Part shown: in pieces, positions 34,737 to 46,258 of the stretch
Layout: every line of letters begins with the position of its first letter
Position numbering within the stretch: position 1 is the first letter of the stretch
Assembly (NCBI GenBank): GCA_034226945.1
Contig: CP120464.1
Coordinates: 620,001-684,000, forward strand
DNA from: Picochlorum sp. SENEW3
Taxonomy: Eukaryota
DNA: 64,000 nt
Reading direction: 5' to 3'
The notes under the pieces: model-generated
Database searches by the model: none
Seen by the model: only the letters and a program-made list of their open reading frames with translations
Told to the model about the DNA's origin: nothing
Program-made: the position numbers and the translations under genes

Positions 34737-36044
34737 TCATGGCACTTGGCCATTCGAACAGGGCAGCCCCCCTGGAACATATTGGCACTTGTCTCGAATC
34801 CACTTTGTTGCAGTCCATTTCGTCCCTTGTATCTACATAACATGGATAAATACATGTATGTAAATGCATATCTCCATACACATAGCATGAGCACAAAAGA
34901 CACCGTACCACTGGACATCCACCATGGAGTGCATGCTTGTCTGATGTATGGTCAGGATGGATTGACCAAAATAGCAACGCATCACCAGCCCGTGGCTTGT
35001 ATTTTATTCCTGTATTGCATGTCTTATAATCGACCGTGCTTAACCTCTTCGTACCGTTGACGCCTTCAAACAGAAAAGAAGTTTCACCCCCTTCCTCAAC
35101 ATCAGACAAATACACCAAGACAGTTGCCACCTGCACAACAACGCATCCATCCATACTTTTTGGGTCAATTCACACACATGAAAATACAGGTCGAAACCAA
35201 ACACCGTACCCGTTGGCTAAATTGCTTCCCATACGAAGCCTCATCAAAGGCATCATAATGGGAGTCATAGTGCTGGCCATTCTCATATCGAAGCACATTG
35301 AATGGCTCTCCATGTGCTGCCGGCACGCCAGTCATCACAGCTGCATCGCAAATTCTTCTCTTTATCATCATTATACATAAAATATTCCAACATCTCGCGA
35401 TATCCTCACCTATTTTGTCCTCAATATATGCCAACACACCATCCTTGTCCTGCATCCTGGACAAGAATGTTCCCTGACTCGTCCGAATTTCTCTAGTCGA
35501 AGACAACGTATCACCCTTCTTAAAGGCCAATCCACTCGGCCTGAGCCTCAATTTTGCTAATTCTATCACATGCTTGCACATGCTCGCATCAATGAATTTT
35601 GGGAACAGATACGCCCTTGGGTGCCAACTCAACAACTGCATTGGCTGCACCGTATAAAATGAATGCCCAGATGCCCCATGCTCCACCGGAGGACGATCAT
35701 CTAATAATCCAGAAGCTTCCATCACTTCCTCAAACGTTTCATGAGAAGCCGCACGGCGGCTGCCCGCACCATCCACCAGACTTCTTCTATGTGTTGTTGT
35801 TGTTGATGATGATGTTGATGATGATGATACGCCCGCGGCCTGCCGCTCCTCTCGCACCACAACAGGCTGCAGATCACACACCTTTGTTACCTGTACACCA
35901 AACAATGCAATGCACACACAACCGTACCCCTGTACCAGTCTCTGGGAGCCCAGGCAACCTGAGGAACCTCCCAGCCATGAAGCAACCGAGGCACAAAGTC
36001 ACCACCCGCGCACTCACGAAATTCACACCCCTCCGCTCTTTCAT
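34737..36044 (-). CDS. Prolyl 4-hydroxylase (several introns; 5' end uncertain)
   Basis: LSWHPRAYLF, RTSQGTF, VLRYENGQHYDSHYD, ATVLVYLSDVEEGGET, ALHGGCPV and KWIATKWIR. Confidence 0.88.
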
Positions 36045-36355
36045 GATCGATATAGATAAAATCTCCTACCCAATCAACACAGCAGGTACAACAGAAGATG
36101 TCTCGATGATCTACTCATTCATGTACTCCACAGCAGACATTGCCCTTGTAGAAATGGTGTGCCGAGCCTATACCTGCTCTCATATAATATATATATACAC
36201 TGTCAATATGGCACTAGATGGATTAAATACCCTTAAATAATCAATATTCCTTAAATCAGTACATAAAGTAAGAAAAGAAAGGATGTACCACGACAGTTGA
36301 AAAAGGATACAGATATCTGAATATTTTATAATTGCTCATATTTAAATAAATAATC

Positions 36356-38572
36356 ATGGGAGAAGATTGGGGCGATGATGATGACGATTTCCTCTGCTCT
36401 GTAGACTGGTATGCCAACAATTTGAATTATTGACTGGAATTTCGGAGACTAAACCTTGAGTTTTGTCGATCACTTGGGTTACAATATACCGATATTTGTC
36501 CTTTTATTCTGTAGGGATGCCCAGGAAGAGCGCTTGAGGTCGCATTTGCTTGCGTGTGTGCCAACCACCGTCGGTGCTCGTGACTCTGCCTGCGACTGCG
36601 TGGAGAATCGACAGGTCAATCATCAGGCAGCCAGTCGCGACTGCGTGAAGCACTTTTCGAACCTGGGCAAGGATGTTCATGCGTGTGGCAAGAAGAGGCA
36701 AAAGGTGCATGGTGGGGTGACGGTGACTGCGACACTGGTGCCTCCCACCACCAGCAGCAGTGGAGGGCAAGGCGGTCGGGGGAAGAACGATGTCATGTTT
36801 GTGATATCAGGTGCCAGTGGGGGCGCGAAGAATGATGTTCAGAAGCTTTTCAACGGCATCGAAGGCTGTGTTTGGGATGAGGACAGGAGAGTTTGGACAT
36901 GTGAGTTTTCTAAATGTGAGGGTGCGGTCAGGACATTGTCCTCGGTTTCTCAAGGGCTGGTGGACACTGTTCATCCTCTTCACGTTGTTCCAAAATCTGT
37001 GCTCAAGCATGTCCATTCGGTGAGGGATGATTCAATGAGGTACTCGTATATTCCTGTGAGTCTCGAAGAGAAGCTCATGCCATTTCAGCGGGAAGGGGTT
37101 CAGTTCATCCTAAAGCATGGAGGGCGAGCATTGTTGGGGGATGAGATGGGTCTAGGGAAGACGGTACAAGCTCTGGCAATTTTGTGTGCCTATCGAGAGG
37201 AGTGGCCAGTGTTGATCGTATGTCCGTCATCTTTGAGAGAATCTTGGTCCAATGCCATACAGGAATGGTTGGGCGTGCCAGAGGAAAAGATTCGTGTCAT
37301 CCATTCTGGGAAAGATGTGGAAGGGACAACAGTTGGCACATTACAATTTCTAGTGGTGTCGTTCAACTTTTTAGACAAAATGGTGCGTTGCATACCCCTG
37401 TTCCTCCACTGTGTGTGTGTTTTTCCATGTAGAAGGAGAGTTACAATGGATTTCTGTATGTTCCACAGGAGCTTGCCAAAAAGTTCAGCATCGTAGTTGT
37501 TGATGAGTCTCACTACCTGAAAGATCCGTCTGCAAAAAGGACCAAGGCTGCCACGCCAATACTGAAAGAAAGTAAACGGTGTGTGCTGCTGACAGGAACT
37601 CCTGCGTTGAATCGACCAAAAGAAATATTTACTCAACTCTCTGCTGTGGTTCCAAAAGCACAATTGAAGTTGAAGGATTTCGGGGAGCGCTACTGTACAG
37701 GAAATCGCTTCGACAAGTATGGAGGGGCAAAGAATCTGGAAGAGCTGCATGCGCTGTTGAGAAACTCAGTCATGATCCGAAGGCTCAAAGTTGATGTCTT
37801 GGCAGAGTTGCCGAAGAAGCGACGGCAGCAGATTTATCTGGGCCTCGATGCCGCATCCAGGAAAAAGTTGGACGCGCTGAAGCAACAGTTGCAGGAAGCG
37901 AAATCTGCCATACACCAGTTGGTAGCACAAAGTATAGCATCAAATAGGGGCAATGTGGTCAATGTTGGAGCAGAACAGCGAAGTGTTGTGATGGAGGTGT
38001 ATAAGAAAACTGCTGACATCAAGGTGAAATGCGTTCAGGACTACATTGATACATTGCTCGATGGTGACCAGAAATTTCTGGTCTTTGCACACCACACTGT
38101 TTTGTTGGATGCGGTGGAACATTCTTGCAATAGAAAGAAGAGTTGCAAGTATATTCGAATAGATGGGTCCACCCCAGCTTCTTCGAGGGCTGGGCTCGTT
38201 CAATCGTTCCAAACAGACGATTCTGTGCGTGTGGCAATATTATCCATCAAGGCGGCTGGGGTGGGGCTGACCATGACGGCAGCATCAACTGTCGTCTTTG
38301 CAGAAATGACATGGACCCCTGGGGAAATTATCCAGGCAGAGGATCGTGCCCACAGAATTGGCCAGGCTTCATCCGTGAACGTTTATTTCTTGCACATCAA
38401 AGATTCCATTGATGACGTTATCTGGAACACGATTCAATCCAAATTGGAGAATTTAGGGCAGACATTGGACGGTGCTGATCAAAACTTACACCTCTCCCAG
38501 ACCAGTCGAGTGATGCCTGAAAGAGGACAGTCGAGTTTGGACAGATACCTGACCCAATCTCAGCCATCATGA
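36356..38572 (+). CDS. SMARCAL1/ZRANB3-like SNF2 annealing helicase (introns)
   Basis: LGDEMGLGKT, VDESH, LLTGTPALNRP and QAEDRAHRIGQ. Confidence 0.9.
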
Positions 38573-38610
38573 CAGAATACAATTACAAAATTAAAAGACC
38601 ATATAAAGAA

Positions 38611-39681
38611 TTAGTTCTTTCCCTCCTGTGAGAACTGAATTGAGGACATGCCTGCTAGGGACGTTTGGATGTTTTGGAGAGCCTGATTCATGTTGTTCTT
38701 GCTCCCCTCTTCCTGCCTCCCTTCCTTTTTTGTTTTTGACTGTGACGAGACTTGTGATAATACCATTGTGGTCAAAATGTACTGAATCTGTTCCAAATAT
38801 TTCTGCACGCTGCCTGAAATGAGAGACAGTTCCTGCTCCAGAGATTTTTGCCGTGAAAGTAGAGTCATAATTTCACGCACTAGTCTATTAACTTTTTCAA
38901 CACTCGAATCAGGCAATATTTGTCTGCTACTGCCAATGTGTCCTTCAGCCAAGGGGTTCGAATGCCCTTGGTCATTACTCTTACCGCTATCCAGCAATGT
39001 TGACAACAATTCGAGCCCTCCAGGTAGATCCATCCCAGAGCGTCTCTGGGCATGCGCGTCAGATTTGAAGTATTCCTGGAGGTTACTCGGACCAAATTTA
39101 TTCGGAAATGTTCCAAAATCTTTCTGACCGAAATCTGCCAGAGTTTTCTGGTCCATTCTATGGAGCTCAAACCCTGTTGAGACAGATGGCCCTCCCTGTT
39201 GCGACCGGACAGAGGGATGCGCGTGCTGCTTGCCTTCGTCCAACGAAGTCGGGCTTGTGTGGTGCTGTGATTGGATACCCAGGCTGAGCCGATACTTTTG
39301 CAAGTGCGATTTCACGTGAGCTATCTGCAGCCCCTCAACATTCATCACAATCTGAACTTGCTTGGGAGTTGCTTTGGCGGGACCACCCAACCTCTGAACG
39401 GCCTCCACAAACCTTTTATGGAGCTCTATTGTCCTGTACGTCCATAAAAACACACGCAGCATGAAGTGTTTCAGTAAAGAGCGACAGTGCATCCGAACAG
39501 TGAATGCCAAAGCATGACAGGAACATACCAACGAAGTTGAGGTTTTCCAGAGTCTCTGTCCCTTGCCCTCACGTCTCCTGCGTATAGAGAAAAAGAATCA
39601 ATCAGTACCAAAGTCTTCTTGTAACGACTGGATGTATTTACAAAAGGTGATTGGGGTGAGCGACGCACCCTCTTGACTCAT
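38611..39681 (-). CDS. GARP (SHLQKYR-type MYB) transcription factor with a coiled coil; PHR/PSR1- or HRS1-like (two 5' introns)
   Basis: Spliced KPQLRW|TIELHKRFVEAVQRLGGPAKATPK...HVKSHLQKYR; downstream heptad region. The canonical LHEQLE motif is absent. Confidence 0.85.
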
Positions 39682-39878
39682 TGTGCCTGGAACAGGCTCA
39701 GGGCTCTCCACAAGAATAAAACAGTTGCTCAGCCCTCAACAAACACTAGATATTCGTCTCATCGGAAATCTGTAACACAATGTACTTCAGAAGATGGTAG
39801 AACTGTCTTGTCTTCGTGTGACGACCCTTCCTTGGCCCTGAGTCTTCACTTTCGTGCCAGCACCAAGCAGTTCTGAAA

Positions 39879-40074
39879 AGATTCACACCAAGCGACCTCG
39901 AAATTCTGGCACATAAACCGCCTTACTTTCGATTTGCTATCGAATCCATTTGACAGATGTTTTCCGTCGACATCGTCTCCCGTCGCTGGAGCGAGGGAAT
40001 TTCAAAGGAATCTTTTAGCTTCTTTTGGAATCTTGGAATCTTCGGAGAGAAAGATTCTCCTCCGGGAAGAATCC
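39879..40074. promoter_or_regulatory. Cluster of 7 GAATC/GATTC motifs upstream of the GARP gene
   Basis: Sites at 39879, 39942, 40008, 40028, 40036, 40052 and 40069. Confidence 0.6.
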
Positions 40075-40154
40075 TTGGCTTGGCATCCTCAATCTCGTTC
40101 CATTTACACGTCATAAAAGCTGCATTTGAAATCACATTTATCCTCTTATATATG

Positions 40155-41270
40155 TCACCATCCAAGCCAATAGGATGCCTGTTGCATCAATGGATGGCAC
40201 ACATATGCGCCTATGCAGAATGGCACCAGGAACAGATATGGCAATCGAAGATACTCCTTCCAGTATTCCTCAGGCAATATCTGTCGCCCTTCCAGAATGG
40301 CAGCAAAAGGCACAATCGACGTCCTTTTCTTCAATTCCTCGAAGGCATCTCCGTATTTTCGCTTCAGTCGAAAGTCTCCATGCCAGCAGGCAAATGCATG
40401 ATGCGCCATCAATCCCAGAGAGGTTGCCACCATGAAAGAACTTCCCACCCACGCCGTGTGGGCCAGACACCAAACCAATTGCCCAAATGCTTGAGGATGT
40501 CTAGTAATTCTAATGATGCCCGATTCCCATAGATGGAGCTTGGGTTCATCCACTGCTGCCACCTCCAGAATGTTGAATGTTGATGGGTACAGAAAGTAAA
40601 ATGAGATGAATGATGCTATCCAAACCGCCTCATGCACTCCAGGAATCCCTCTGATATTCCACAGAGCTATTCCATCATACCGGTGATTGATAAAAAATAC
40701 GACTGCAGCGATAGCCAGGGGCAGAGAAATCAGAGCAAACATGACTCTATATGCTCTTGCACCAACCAGGTCCTCCCCATACGGCCTCAGGTACGCCAGT
40801 CCACTATGTACCACAGCGAAGACAAAAAGAATCTCTAAAATCGCAATTTCACTCGTTGGGGCCAGCACCTCTATCAACCCAGTGAAGGAAGAACCAACTC
40901 CATATGAAGGATCAATCCAAAGCACATAAATGAGACCTAGAACTCCCGTCAACAAGGTGAAAAAGAGCGCCCATGACGTCACATTTTGCTCTGATAACTC
41001 AAAAGCGGCGGCATCTTCCCCAAACTCGAGAGACGGTGTCGTCTTTTCTACATCACCTTTGCTGGCCTTTGCTACAATACAACCCCTTGATCCCAACCCA
41101 GTCCCGTATCCATGCGTTCGTCCACGTCCCCATGCTCGCCCATCAATCCTATATTGATGTGATGATCGCGCATTCAGGAGCGATGGGGCCGCCCCGCCTG
41201 CACGTCTGCCTACGAGGTGTAGAGACGGTGTGAGCCGGTGTCCCGCCATTTTTGACGCATTCCCAGCCAT
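40155..41270 (-). CDS. Z-ISO: 15-cis-zeta-carotene isomerase (NnrU family)
   Basis: FAVVHSGLA, FINHRYDG, YPSTFNILEVAAV, IRITRHPQ and WHGDFRL. Confidence 0.92.
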   Translation of the reverse strand: MAGNASKMAGHRLTPSLHLVGRRAGGAAPSLLNARSSHQYRIDGRAWGRGRTHGYGTGLGSRGCIVAKASKGDVEKTTPSLEFGEDAAAFELSEQNVTSWALFFTLLTGVLGLIYVLWIDPSYGVGSSFTGLIEVLAPTSEIAILEILFVFAVVHSGLAYLRPYGEDLVGARAYRVMFALISLPLAIAAVVFFINHRYDGIALWNIRGIPGVHEAVWIASFISFYFLYPSTFNILEVAAVDEPKLHLWESGIIRITRHPQAFGQLVWCLAHTAWVGSSFMVATSLGLMAHHAFACWHGDFRLKRKYGDAFEELKKRTSIVPFAAILEGRQILPEEYWKEYLRLPYLFLVPFCIGAYVCHPLMQQASYWLGW

Positions 41271-41686
41271 GGTTCATGTGGAATTGAAGAACATTAAACT
41301 ATCACTGTACGAGAGAACACTCGCATTGCTAAATCCTGCAGACTGCAGATGGGTTGAGAAATGACTGGTGGAACCCACGGTCCTATCCTATTCCCATCAA
41401 CGCGTCGATTTGATGGGCTCCCCATCAAGAATTCAAACGTTGGATCTTCCAAGAAAAACAAGTACCAGCGCTCACGTGGATGAATGAAATTGATGGAAAC
41501 ATTTCGCTTAGGCTTGGAAAATTGAGGTTACAAATTGAGAATACACTCTGATACCATTGCGAGACCAAATAGTGAGCCGTTGACTTTCTGTTGTGTGACT
41601 ACATCTCTAATAACCAAAGGGACACGGGCTCTTGTTGAGAATATACTCTGTTTCCACTGCCACTGCGTTGATTTACATTTGATATT

Positions 41687-42277
41687 ATGAACCAAGGAGA
41701 AGATGGCGAGGTTTTGAGCAGCGGGGATGACGTGGAGGACTCGGGAGTTGACGTTGAGGTTCCTGTGTTCTGGCACCCGCTGAATATGAGGCCCGTTCCA
41801 CATATATTTCCTTTCATGAAGACCCACTTGAAGAGATGGCCTAATACGGGGGTTGAACGGCCTCTCAAGAAGCTGCGTATCAGGAAGCAAAAGAGGAAGG
41901 ATATGGAAGATTTGAAAGAGGGAGAGGTTACAGCAGCTCATGCTTTGCTCAACATTGCGATAGCTTCGAACGTCGAGCTCGAGCAGGATGCATCTCATAC
42001 AAAACAAAAACCAGTTCTTCCTCAGAGGGACGTGCAGTTGACGTGCATGCAGCCACCAAGAGCATTGGATGTTTTCCATCAACAACAAATGCCCTCCTCT
42101 TCTCAAATGGCTGCCACACAGGGGGCTCCTGAGCACCATTTCCCACCGAATGCAAATTCGAACATCCTTCCATCAAGGAAATTTGGCCCGTTCAAATTAG
42201 TATCACCAGTATGGAGGCAGGAAAGGATGCCACCTCCAACTGCTATATGCCGTGCTCATCAATTGCTTTGTTGTTAA
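41687..42277 (+). CDS. Hypothetical protein
   Basis: 196-aa ATG-initiated ORF filling the gap between two genes; basic NLS-like LKKLRIRKQKRK; no family recognised. Confidence 0.5.
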   Translation: MNQGEDGEVLSSGDDVEDSGVDVEVPVFWHPLNMRPVPHIFPFMKTHLKRWPNTGVERPLKKLRIRKQKRKDMEDLKEGEVTAAHALLNIAIASNVELEQDASHTKQKPVLPQRDVQLTCMQPPRALDVFHQQQMPSSSQMAATQGAPEHHFPPNANSNILPSRKFGPFKLVSPVWRQERMPPPTAICRAHQLLCC

Positions 42278-42369
42278 AGTGGAATGCTATACACGTTAAC
42301 CGATGCAAAAAAAGACAGTGAAAACAAAAGTAGAAATAAACGAGAAAATTGTCAATGTCATTGTAATGA

Positions 42370-44460
42370 TCAGTAATTGTCGTCATTTTCCTCCTTACTA
42401 TCGATTGCAGCTGTGGTCACTACTGGTGTCAGACCTTCAATAACTCCATCCGTGTTTATTGCATTAAATTTTGAACGAACGGCACCAGGAGTGCCTGAAT
42501 CCAAGGGCCAAGCTATTGGTACGAGATGCTGTTGCGGCGTTCCCTGTGCTTGCCCTTTAGACTTTGCTTGAAAGTGGCTCCTCGCTCTGCCTGCCTGGCC
42601 ATACATGAGCTCTCGCACTGCTGTGCTGGCACCAGCGTTACCGCGAGTAGATCGTAGTAGCATCTCTTGTACGACAGGAGAAACTGATTGATGCCGCAGA
42701 CCCAATAATGCTGCCTGGACATCCTTTTGTGATTCCATGATTGCAGATGGGTGTGCAGAAGTATTTGCACATCCATTACACTTGCAGTGATCTCCACAAG
42801 GCACCCCCGCCTGAAAACATTCGCAATATTTTTTCTGACACTTGCTCTTTTTACAGTTGCATCCCTTCCTGTGCTGTGCTCCTGTTGGCAGCATGCCATT
42901 TTGTGACGGCACAAATGTTTCTGCTATCTTTTCTGCAAATGCCTGGGGATTTCTGGTGAGAATGCTCTCCCTTGCTTTCTTTATTTCATCCGTAAACTCG
43001 GCTTTGTTTGAGCACCCAACACATGAGCAGTCCCCTCCACAGTAGCCCCTTGCTTTAAAGCATTCACAGTAAAGCTTGAGGCATTTGCTCTTTTTGCATT
43101 TGCAGCGCACAGGCCCTGAATCGTTGCTCGACATGCCAGGAATGGATGTCGATGCAAACAAGGAGTTTATCCCAGATCTGCTTACTTGTTGCGCAGAAAA
43201 TGAACTCGCCTTACGTCCCTTGACAATTCCATTGGACCCCAAGGCAGCCGCAGCAGCTGCAACGGCAACACCTGCAGCTGCTGCCCGCTGTGGGCGCTTG
43301 GGACTCGCATAGGCCTTGTTCCTCGCCTGATTTGTGACCTCTGCATTGGCTCGCATTGCTTTTGCAACTGCGGCTTCAGTAGCTTCTTTCACAGCTGGAC
43401 TGTCGATGATGTCTTCGCGGCGGATGATGCCAAGCCTTGCCCCATTTGGGCTCTGGGCCAGGGCATCGAGTCCTTTGGAGACCCTCTGGACGCCTTCCGG
43501 ACTTTTACTATTCGTATTAGAAGGCGGGATTGGCTTATTGGGAGAAACCTCCCTGGAACTATCTCTCAGCGGGTGAATGGGAAGCAAGTCTACAGAATCC
43601 TCCACACCACCAAGTGCGAGGTGAAGAGGGCCAGGAGATGCTACGAATGTCTTCACGCCATTTCTATTTGGGGATGTGATGGAGTCTGAAAAGGTGAGAG
43701 ATCGCTTCCTACTAGCAACTCGAGCAGACCCATTATATTCGGTGGATGTACCCCTGTCCTGTGTGGAGACATGCCCTCTCAGCTGCAAAGGACTGTTGCT
43801 ACCGTCGTTTAAATGACCCCTTGTCTCTGTAGACTTCCACGATCCAGCAATGAGGTCTCTATCTTTTCGTCCGCTTGAGTTACCACCATGTCCCCCAAAA
43901 GCCTTTGGCGACACTCTACTATGTCCATCAAGAATGTCAGCAAATGCAGAGGTAAAGCCTTTCCCCTCAGAGGACCCAGATACATTGCCCTGTCCCACCT
44001 TCTGCAGCCCAGGTGATAGTGAAAATCGTTGATATTCAGAGGCATCAGACAATCGCCGAGCGTCCTTGTCACCAGGAGACAGGAATGTGCTTGCCTGAGA
44101 ATTCCCTCTCATTGGCGAAGGCTGGAAAATTGGCAGCGGCGGCAACATGCTCAGACTGCTACGAGGAGAAACAAAGCTAGGCGGAGACTGCACAATGGTC
44201 GATGGAGTCGACCGCTGCAAGAATTCAACTCCCAACCTCTGTCGATCAGGAGAGCCCTCTGTGAGTCGCGGAAAGCCAAATTCTGCGACAGAAGGACTCT
44301 GCCCCGTGTATGCAGAGTAAGAAACATTCTTCCTTGGAGGTGTCAGGTCTGGCAAATCTCGAAATAACGCTTGAAAATTAGGCGAGCCCTGCAACATACG
44401 TCCCCTCGTGGTTCCAAGAAACACCCTACGGTCGATACAATTTGAAATCAAGCTAGACAT
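42370..44460 (-). CDS. Tesmin/TSO1-like CXC (CRC domain) protein, LIN54-like
   Basis: CKCKKSKCLKLYCECF and RNPQAF linker, then CNCKKSKCQKKYCECF. Confidence 0.92.
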   Translation of the reverse strand: MSSLISNCIDRRVFLGTTRGRMLQGSPNFQALFRDLPDLTPPRKNVSYSAYTGQSPSVAEFGFPRLTEGSPDRQRLGVEFLQRSTPSTIVQSPPSFVSPRSSLSMLPPLPIFQPSPMRGNSQASTFLSPGDKDARRLSDASEYQRFSLSPGLQKVGQGNVSGSSEGKGFTSAFADILDGHSRVSPKAFGGHGGNSSGRKDRDLIAGSWKSTETRGHLNDGSNSPLQLRGHVSTQDRGTSTEYNGSARVASRKRSLTFSDSITSPNRNGVKTFVASPGPLHLALGGVEDSVDLLPIHPLRDSSREVSPNKPIPPSNTNSKSPEGVQRVSKGLDALAQSPNGARLGIIRREDIIDSPAVKEATEAAVAKAMRANAEVTNQARNKAYASPKRPQRAAAAGVAVAAAAAALGSNGIVKGRKASSFSAQQVSRSGINSLFASTSIPGMSSNDSGPVRCKCKKSKCLKLYCECFKARGYCGGDCSCVGCSNKAEFTDEIKKARESILTRNPQAFAEKIAETFVPSQNGMLPTGAQHRKGCNCKKSKCQKKYCECFQAGVPCGDHCKCNGCANTSAHPSAIMESQKDVQAALLGLRHQSVSPVVQEMLLRSTRGNAGASTAVRELMYGQAGRARSHFQAKSKGQAQGTPQQHLVPIAWPLDSGTPGAVRSKFNAINTDGVIEGLTPVVTTAAIDSKEENDDNY

Positions 44461-44931
44461 ACCTCTATCTTCACACCCTCATGCTGACCACAATTAATTT
44501 TCTGCTTTTTGGCACGTTCCGGTGTCGTGAATATCCCCTCTGCCGTGTTTCTACGCGGAGATGGGCTGGGCGAGTCCCTTTGGGCCTCGACTGTTGCACT
44601 CATATCGAGTCAATCGAGGTTTCCTTCTGATACCCAATTTTTATAATAGTGTATATAATCAAATGAACCTTGTTCCTTACTGGAACACGACGGGCATCTC
44701 TAGTCGCGAGAATCGAGGAATTCGCGCTGACGGAGGAGCGACGCGTACAGACACAACAGAGCGGTGATTTGACGTCTATTTCAAATAACCCATGTAAAAT
44801 ATACACAGCAAACTTAAAATCTCAATGTGAAGCAAACATGTACCTAAAAGCCGTTTCAAAACGTGCCGGGGACAAAGGGACAAGGCGATTCCCGAATTAG
44901 TTTGGAAATCGTTCGTATCGAGGCAACTCGT

Positions 44932-45867
44932 CTACATCATCGGACACTCCTGGTTTTGCGATCCAAATGCCCCTGATAGGGCCGCAGAATCCCCTGGTGG
45001 ACCCACATGGTCGATAATCTCCTGAGGAGGCTGCCCACATTGCTGCATCTCTTGTAGCAGACACATCAGCCCACTGTAATTATCAGGCTCATTCTCATAC
45101 ATGTCACAAATTTTCTGTATATACGCATATTGCCGTTCATATCGACCATACACTTCTGGCTCCAACGTGTCCCTGTTCTTACTCAACCAGGGGGGGTATT
45201 GTTCTCCAATCTCCTTCATGGGTTCGTACAAGACATCTTTGGACAGCAACTGCCTCATGATTGAATCCACGAGGGCAGACGAAAGCGGATCGTCCTCCTC
45301 TTCCTCCTCCTCCTCATCTGTGTACTCTGCTTCCCTGCCAGGCCCTGTTGCAGCCAATGCCGCCAAGGTATCCCTCATACTTCCCTCTGACATGCTGCCA
45401 GCTTCCACTGAAAGTTCCTTCAGAAGATGCTCCAGACCATCTGCTGCTACATCATGCTTCTTCTTCTCTGCCTCATCTATTTGTTTCGACCTCTCCTTCT
45501 TTCTCCCCGTTCTGGAACTCCTGAGAGGGTCAAATTTTAAATTTGCATCAAAACCACTGCTGCTCCCCTGTTTCGCAGTTGTGCTCGCTGTTACCCCGGT
45601 CTCTACTCTATTATTCCCTTCCTTGTTGTGTTGCCCTCCATCAATGCCTGAGGGCTGACACTCACCCTGGTCGAACCCAAGCAGTGCATCTGCACAAGAA
45701 CAATACGACGCCATCATCCAACTGATCCGTATCAAAACAAATACCTGCATGATCGTACCATCTAGTAAACATTCCAATGCCTCAGCCGTCGCCCCTGCTC
45801 CCTCTTCGTTCCTGTTGCCTTGAAGAAGAGGAGGAGGAGGAGGTGAAGAAGTGTCCTTTCTCTCCAT
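44932..45867 (-). CDS. PEX19: Peroxin 19
   Basis: IMRQLLSKDVLYEPMKEIGEQYPPWL and LQEMQQCGQPPQEI; C-terminal CaaX CPMM. Confidence 0.9.
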   Translation of the reverse strand: MERKDTSSPPPPPLLQGNRNEEGAGATAEALECLLDGTIMQVFVLIRISWMMASYCSCADALLGFDQGECQPSGIDGGQHNKEGNNRVETGVTASTTAKQGSSSGFDANLKFDPLRSSRTGRKKERSKQIDEAEKKKHDVAADGLEHLLKELSVEAGSMSEGSMRDTLAALAATGPGREAEYTDEEEEEEEDDPLSSALVDSIMRQLLSKDVLYEPMKEIGEQYPPWLSKNRDTLEPEVYGRYERQYAYIQKICDMYENEPDNYSGLMCLLQEMQQCGQPPQEIIDHVGPPGDSAALSGAFGSQNQECPMM

Positions 45868-46258
45868 ATTACTGAACAGAATGACACATCAGTTCCATCC
45901 TCAGCTTAAATTAAAGACTTGCTATGAAGACAGCAAGTCAATTTGTATGTATGGTTTTACATCAATGCCCCCTGACCAGGTCGCCTCTTGATCAAGCGGG
46001 GTACCTGTGGTGGGGTACCCAGGGCTCCGTGAAAAGAAATAAGAAAAAGGAAAAGACAAAGACAAAACTAACGACACACTACTATCAGAATCTTCTCGAG
46101 ATTTGAAAACTCCACTTGAAATGAAACTGAGACTCAAAAGAGTAGCGAAAGTCCTCTCACCCAGGTTCTATGCAAAAGATAAACATGGTATCGGCATATT
46201 CTGAACCACGTGAGACAGACTACCAAAACAAGGGGCACAAATCTGTCCGTGTACTGAG

